Positions 45,371 to 50,268 of a DNA stretch of 50,268 nucleotides are shown here, piece after piece. Both the position numbers and the translations under genes were made by a program. The DNA is from Gemmatimonadota bacterium (GTDB lineage Bacteria > Gemmatimonadota > Gemmatimonadetes > Gemmatimonadales > GWC2-71-9). Under the pieces are notes generated by a model that saw only the letters and a list, made by a program, of their open reading frames with translations, had not been told where the DNA came from and did no database searches. Location: positions 1 through 50,268 of the forward strand of contig JBDHAB010000016.1 of the NCBI GenBank assembly GCA_039588295.1, read 5' to 3'. The number at the start of each line of letters is the position of its first letter. Within the stretch, counting starts at the first letter, position 1.

Positions 45371-47467
45371 ATGAACCCGCAGACAAGAACCGCGCCGTCG
45401 CATCGCCAGCCCATCCGCCTGGCGTTTGCCGGTTGTGGAAAGATGGCACGGCTGCACGCTGATGCGCTCAAGCGGATTTCGATTCCCACCAACATCGTGG
45501 CCGTACACGACCGGGACTTCGGCATCGCTGAGGAATTCGCGTCCGGGTTCGGGACTGAGGCGTTTACATCGCTGGAAGAGGCGCTTGCAGCCCGCGAACC
45601 CCAAGTGCTCCACGTGTGCACGCCCGCGGGCACCCACTTTGAACCCGCCAACGCCGCACTTCTCGCCGGCGCCCACATCTACGTCGAGAAACCGTTCGTC
45701 GACACGGCTGCCCAAGCGACCCAGCTCCTGGACCTCGCTGCGGCGCGAGGCCTCACCGTCTGCGCCGGGCACCAGCTTCTGTCCGACCCCGCATACCAGG
45801 CGCTCGTCGAGGCTTGCCCGCGGCTCGGCAAGGCCGAGGCTGTTGAGAGCCGCTTCACGTTCGCTCCGTCGTTCGACCCCGATTCCGTGCCCGCGCACCG
45901 CGCCGCGCATCAGCTCCTCGACATTCTCCCGCACCCCCTCTACACGCTAGTCGACGCGATGGAGCGCGTTGGGGACTCTGGTACGACAGATCTCGCTCAC
46001 GTCGTCGCGGACCCCACGCACATCCAGGCCATCTTCCGGAAAGGCGCGCTGAGTGGATCACTGGTCGTCAGCCTGCGGGCGCGACCGATCGTGTCGACAC
46101 TCACCGTCACCGGCAGGGGCGGAACGCTTAGTACGGACCTCGTGCGCTCAGCACTCATAGGCGCGGCTAACCCTGGGACGAGCCCCGTTGAGAAGATCCT
46201 TAACCCGTTGGCCGAAGGGTGGCAGCTCCAATGGCGCTCGCTTAGGTCGGTGGCCCGTCGACTGTTCGGTGGGGGCCACTACCCGGGGCTGACCGAGCTG
46301 TTCGACGCGTTCTATCACGCCGTGGCCACAGGAGGTGCGCCGCCTCTGTCGCCGCAGCACCTCCGAGACGTCTCTCGCCTCTTCGAACAGCTCGCGGACG
46401 CCGTCGCGGGGTCGATCTCCGCGTCGACACCTGCCACGGTCCCTGCAACCGGCGCGCGGGGCAAGCCCGTCGCTGTCGTCACCGGAGCGGGTGGCTTCTT
46501 CGGCCGTCACATCTCCGCAGCGCTCGCCCGGCGAGGCTACTACGTCCGCGGTATCGGTCGGACGCCGAACCCGCGCGTCGAGGCGGTGCACGAATGGGTC
46601 TCCGCCGACTTGAGCCGGGAGGTTCCGCCGTCCGCGCTCGATGATGCGGACGTCGTCATCCATGCAGCTGCGGCGACGTCTGGAGGAATCGCAGCTCACC
46701 AGCGCCATTCGATCGATGCGTCGCGTAACGTCGTTGACGCCATGCACCATGCAGGCGTTCGCCGCCTCGTTTACATCAGTAGCATTGCGGTTCTGGAGCG
46801 CCCGCGCGTGCCTTGGAAGATACTGGACGAGCAGACACCCCTCGCTTCCAGACCCGCCATCCTTGGCCCATACACATGGGGCAAGTGCGAGGCGGAACGG
46901 CTCGTGGTCAAGCTCACGGCGGAAGGAAGCCCGGAAACCTGCATCGTTAGGCCTGCCGCACTGGTCGACCTCGACGCCCCGGACATGCCGGGCCAGCTGG
47001 GTCGGCGGCTCTTTGGGAGATGGCATCTTGGATTGGGTCGTCCCGGGTTACCCGTTGCAGTGTGCGAGGTCCAGCGGGCGGCCGACGTGGTCGCCTGGTG
47101 CGCGGAGCACCCCGAAGCGGCGCCGCCTGTGATCAACCTGTGGGATCCAGGGTACCCAAGGCGGAGGGACGCCGTGGCCGCCTTTCGATCGCGGGGATGG
47201 GACGGCAGAATGATCTGGATTCCGATCCGACTCCTCGGGCTGGCGGCGCACGCTGCACGGTTTACCCTGGGACTTCTCAAGGGTCGGCTACCGAGTAGCC
47301 TTGCGATTATCCGAGTTCTGAAGCCGAGGCGCTTTCGGTCGGAGGTCGCCCTGCGCGTCCTGGAGTCTGCGAGTCGCGATCACGACGCGACGGGATCTGC
47401 GGATCGCGAGCCGGTCCGCAACGGTTACAGCCGCGGGCGACGGGCCCACCCAGCCCACTCGCCCTGA
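45371..47467 (+). CDS. Fusion of a Gfo/Idh/MocA oxidoreductase and an NAD-dependent epimerase/dehydratase
   Basis: N-terminal half: AGCGKMA, YVEKP, LLDILPH. C-terminal half: VTGAGGFFG, ISSIAV, YTWGK, VRP. Confidence 0.88.
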   Translation: MNPQTRTAPSHRQPIRLAFAGCGKMARLHADALKRISIPTNIVAVHDRDFGIAEEFASGFGTEAFTSLEEALAAREPQVLHVCTPAGTHFEPANAALLAGAHIYVEKPFVDTAAQATQLLDLAAARGLTVCAGHQLLSDPAYQALVEACPRLGKAEAVESRFTFAPSFDPDSVPAHRAAHQLLDILPHPLYTLVDAMERVGDSGTTDLAHVVADPTHIQAIFRKGALSGSLVVSLRARPIVSTLTVTGRGGTLSTDLVRSALIGAANPGTSPVEKILNPLAEGWQLQWRSLRSVARRLFGGGHYPGLTELFDAFYHAVATGGAPPLSPQHLRDVSRLFEQLADAVAGSISASTPATVPATGARGKPVAVVTGAGGFFGRHISAALARRGYYVRGIGRTPNPRVEAVHEWVSADLSREVPPSALDDADVVIHAAAATSGGIAAHQRHSIDASRNVVDAMHHAGVRRLVYISSIAVLERPRVPWKILDEQTPLASRPAILGPYTWGKCEAERLVVKLTAEGSPETCIVRPAALVDLDAPDMPGQLGRRLFGRWHLGLGRPGLPVAVCEVQRAADVVAWCAEHPEAAPPVINLWDPGYPRRRDAVAAFRSRGWDGRMIWIPIRLLGLAAHAARFTLGLLKGRLPSSLAIIRVLKPRRFRSEVALRVLESASRDHDATGSADREPVRNGYSRGRRAHPAHSP

Positions 47468-47783
47468 TCATGGTTCATCATCCCTTGGGCCGGCATCCGG
47501 TCCCGGTCTCGTGGCCCCGGTTGCGGCCGCGCCGCTCGCAAGGATTCGCCGCCTCAGGTGCCTGAAGCGGTCACGAACACGGGCCCGGCGCCTGCGTGTC
47601 GGGCGTGACCAGTTTGCCTTCGCCACGTCGAAGGCGGACTCAGCATCCGCGAACCAGTGGCCCTCGGGACCCAGGCAGAGTTCCTCCCGCAGACCGAGCC
47701 GGCCCAACGAGCCACGGGGACACCGAACAGTGGGGACACGCTGTGCACAATCACATCATCCACGATCACGCCTTGCCCGACGC

Positions 47784-47799
47784 TGGCACCCCTAACGCG
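47784..47799 (+). promoter_or_regulatory. Candidate sigma-54 promoter
   Basis: TGGCACCCCTAACGCG (TGGCAC, GG-N10-GC); leader to GTG 47826 is short. Confidence 0.45.
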
Positions 47800-47825
47800 G
47801 GGGCGGCAGCGAAGACACGAGTACC

Positions 47826-49058
47826 GTGACGCGACCGCGACTCTTGTTTCTCTGCCAGACGCTGCCATACCCGCCCGACGGTGGCGTCTGGATTCGGACA
47901 TATCACGTCCTGCGACTTCTGGCACGATCGTTCGACGTAACTGCGCTTTGCTTCGAGCGAAGCGGCAGTGCAGGCCGGCAACCGCCAAAGCAGAGGCGCC
48001 AAAGCCTCGAGGCGCTCAGCGCCTTCGGGTCGGTCGAGGCAGTCCCGGTGCCCCAGACGCTGAGCCGATTCCGGTACGTCTGGGATCACTTGCGCAGTTC
48101 ACTGTCGGGCCGCGTGTACACGCGGTTCATGTACGAGTCCCGGGCGTTCCGCCAGCGCCTCGGATCGATGCTCGCCGAGCACCACTTCGACCTCGTTCAT
48201 GTGGATAGTCTGGATCTTTCTGCCTACCTCCCCGACCTTCAGGACCTGCCGGTCGTGTGCGTCCACCATGACGTCGAGTCCAGGCTCCTGGCCCGTCGCG
48301 CCGCACTGGAAGGACGCACCTGGCGCGGCCGATACCTGGCTCACCAAGCACGGCTCATGGAGCGGGAGGAGCGCTTCTGGTGCCGCAAGGTGACACTAAA
48401 CGTCGTGGTATCCCAGACGGACGCCGACTCGATTCAGGCAATCGCGCCCGGTTGCACGGTGAGCGTGGTTCCCAATGGCGTTGACGTGGATGAGTTTCAG
48501 CCCGCACCGGGCAGTAATGACCGGATCGTCTACGTTGGCGGCACGACGTGGTTCCCCAATCTCGACGCACTCGATCACTTTTGTGAGGACATTCTGCCGC
48601 GCTTGCGTGCGGCGCGCCCCGCAGTCACTCGGATCCAGTGGGTCGGGTTCGCCACCCCGGAGCAGCAGCGCTACTACCGGGAGCGCTTCGACGTGGAACT
48701 CACAGGGTACGTCCCAGACGTCCGACCCTACATGCGTGAGAGCATCTGTAGTGTCGTCCCGCTCCGGGTTGGAGGCGGGACACGTATCAAGATTCTCAAC
48801 GCCTGGGCAATGGGGAACGCCGTCGTCAGCACCTCCATTGGTTGTGAAGGGCTCGACACCAGGGACGGCGATAACATTCTCATCGCGGATAACCCCGATG
48901 CGTTTGCCGGGGCCGTGCTCCGCGTGCTGGACGACCCATCGCTCCGCGAGCTGCTCGGTGCGCGCGGGCGGGCCACCGCAGAACAGGTGTATGGCTGGGA
49001 CGTGATTGGCGCCGGAATGGCCGATGCGTATCTCCGCGCGGCCCGGTCGGAAACCTAG
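47826..49058 (+). CDS. Glycosyltransferase family 4 (exosortase-system sugar transferase-like)
   Basis: LPYPPDGG..IR, HDVES, PNGVD, WFPNLDA, GYVPDVRP, PLRVGGGTRIKIL.AWAMG. Confidence 0.9.
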   Translation: MTRPRLLFLCQTLPYPPDGGVWIRTYHVLRLLARSFDVTALCFERSGSAGRQPPKQRRQSLEALSAFGSVEAVPVPQTLSRFRYVWDHLRSSLSGRVYTRFMYESRAFRQRLGSMLAEHHFDLVHVDSLDLSAYLPDLQDLPVVCVHHDVESRLLARRAALEGRTWRGRYLAHQARLMEREERFWCRKVTLNVVVSQTDADSIQAIAPGCTVSVVPNGVDVDEFQPAPGSNDRIVYVGGTTWFPNLDALDHFCEDILPRLRAARPAVTRIQWVGFATPEQQRYYRERFDVELTGYVPDVRPYMRESICSVVPLRVGGGTRIKILNAWAMGNAVVSTSIGCEGLDTRDGDNILIADNPDAFAGAVLRVLDDPSLRELLGARGRATAEQVYGWDVIGAGMADAYLRAARSET

Positions 49059-49196
49059 AGACGTAGCACGTTGCTCATGCAGGGCCCGCCCCCCCGAAGA
49101 AGCACACATTCTCGGACCCGGAGTGCCTCTTCGGGGGACCAACCCCGCTACGCTACCCGGCGCATGGGCACTTCATAGCGACCTCGCCCGCGATAC

Positions 49197-50268
49197 TCAC
49201 GGCACATAGCTTAGGTAAAACGAATCGAGATACATGTAGCAGGTCCGATCGAGGTTCGTACCCGCGCCCGTCCCACCATAGACCCACGACCAGGCGTACG
49301 TATCCATCCCCGTTACACGGGGATCGACGGCGTCCACCACCGGCGAGCCGTCGATCCACAGCTGCAATCGCCCGGTCGAGAAGTTGATGACAGCCTCAAG
49401 ATGATACCAAACACCACCGTAGATGATCTGGGCCGCAGACATCTGGCTGTCGTATCGGTCGCTCGGCTGAGTATAGAAGCCGATATGATAAGGCGGGAAC
49501 GAGCTACCGGCTCCGGTTCCGTACCGGGTTGAGATGATGGTCGTTCCAGAGTTACCGTTGAATAGATTGAGGTGCTTCAGCTCGTTATCGCCCGTCACGT
49601 TCCGGAAATTCGCAGAGTACTTGAAATAGTAGGACAGATACACGGACTTCGCAGAGCCAGGCGGCACCAACTGGATATCTGATACGAGCTGATCCACCGA
49701 CACTCCCATGACGGGCGGCTCGATGTTCGAAGGATTAAACTCCATCCGACCGACCGCTGAAGGAGTGACGGGAGCAGTGGCGTCCGCCACCGTGCGGCCC
49801 CACAACATGCCGGCGCTTGCGTCCCACCCGATCCAGCCGAACGGCTGCGCGGGTGTCTCGGGCCTCGTCTCGACGAAGTTGCTGAAGTCCATCACGTACG
49901 GCGACCCCCCCAATGGGACAGACCCAGCGGGCTCGTTGGGATACTGCCCTTGCGGCGGCTCCGTCACCGTCACCTGCGCCGAGCCACTCTGCCCCTCACT
50001 CGTCGCCGTGACCGTCGCCGTACCCACCCCCTGCGCCGTTACCAGCCCACTCCCGTTCACCGTGGCCACACCACCATGACTGGTTGACCAGGTCACCACC
50101 CGCCCACTCAAGGGATTCCCCGCCGCGTCTCTCGGCGTCGCCGTCAACTGCCCCGTCTGCCCCACCGACAACCTCAGACTGCTCGGCGTCACGTCCACCG
50201 ACGCCACCGGCGGTGGTGACCCGTCGGTCACGGTCACTTGTGCCGAGCCCGTCTGCCCCTCACTCGTT
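49197..50268 (-). CDS. Ig-like (BIG2) repeat protein with a C-terminal jelly-roll-like domain; 5' end lies beyond the window
   Basis: BIG2 repeat nearly identical to those in 37216-39003, then YPNEPAG..VYLSYYFKY..WYHLEAVIN..LQLWIDG..MYLDSFYLS. The frame is open to the window edge. Confidence 0.8.
   Translation of the reverse strand, partial: TSEGQTGSAQVTVTDGSPPPVASVDVTPSSLRLSVGQTGQLTATPRDAAGNPLSGRVVTWSTSHGGVATVNGSGLVTAQGVGTATVTATSEGQSGSAQVTVTEPPQGQYPNEPAGSVPLGGSPYVMDFSNFVETRPETPAQPFGWIGWDASAGMLWGRTVADATAPVTPSAVGRMEFNPSNIEPPVMGVSVDQLVSDIQLVPPGSAKSVYLSYYFKYSANFRNVTGDNELKHLNLFNGNSGTTIISTRYGTGAGSSFPPYHIGFYTQPSDRYDSQMSAAQIIYGGVWYHLEAVINFSTGRLQLWIDGSPVVDAVDPRVTGMDTYAWSWVYGGTGAGTNLDRTCYMYLDSFYLSYVP

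Noticed and set aside
1..50268. tRNA, rRNA, integrase, transposase or defence-system genes
   Set aside because: None recognisable on either strand.

Overview
GC-rich bacterial DNA, probably Gemmatimonadota (inferred from gene content and the style of the Ig-like repeats; not verified). Bases 1-4.2 kb hold a minus-strand housekeeping block (cca, ZIP transporter, rarA, an SLC13 remnant). It is interrupted by a plus-strand four-helix-bundle gene and carries three pairs of inverted heptamer arrays (GTGAAAR ... YTTTCAC). Bases 4.3-50.3 kb are a large Wzx/Wzy-type exopolysaccharide locus with an exosortase (XrtA/EpsH) and EpsI. It encodes Wza and Wzc, GlmS, a priming sugar transferase, a CDP-sugar/C-methyltransferase block, a pyruvyl transferase, a flippase, an AsnB-like amidotransferase, an AlgD-like dehydrogenase, deacetylases, FemAB-like and ATP-grasp proteins, several glycosyltransferases, two Ig-repeat proteins with jelly-roll-like tips, a decayed wecB, and three signalling genes. 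Two observations stand out. (1) The heptamer/four-helix-bundle element: its 8+8-unit inverted arrays could loop out the inserted gene and rejoin a Shine-Dalgarno-like sequence to the rarA start, and sister arrays sit in frame inside rarA. (2) A sigma-54 regulon readable from sequence: a recurring TGTTGC-N6-GCAACA palindrome lies about 73-120 bp upstream of GG-N10-GC promoters in many intergenic gaps. All calls come from motif reading only; no database searches were run.
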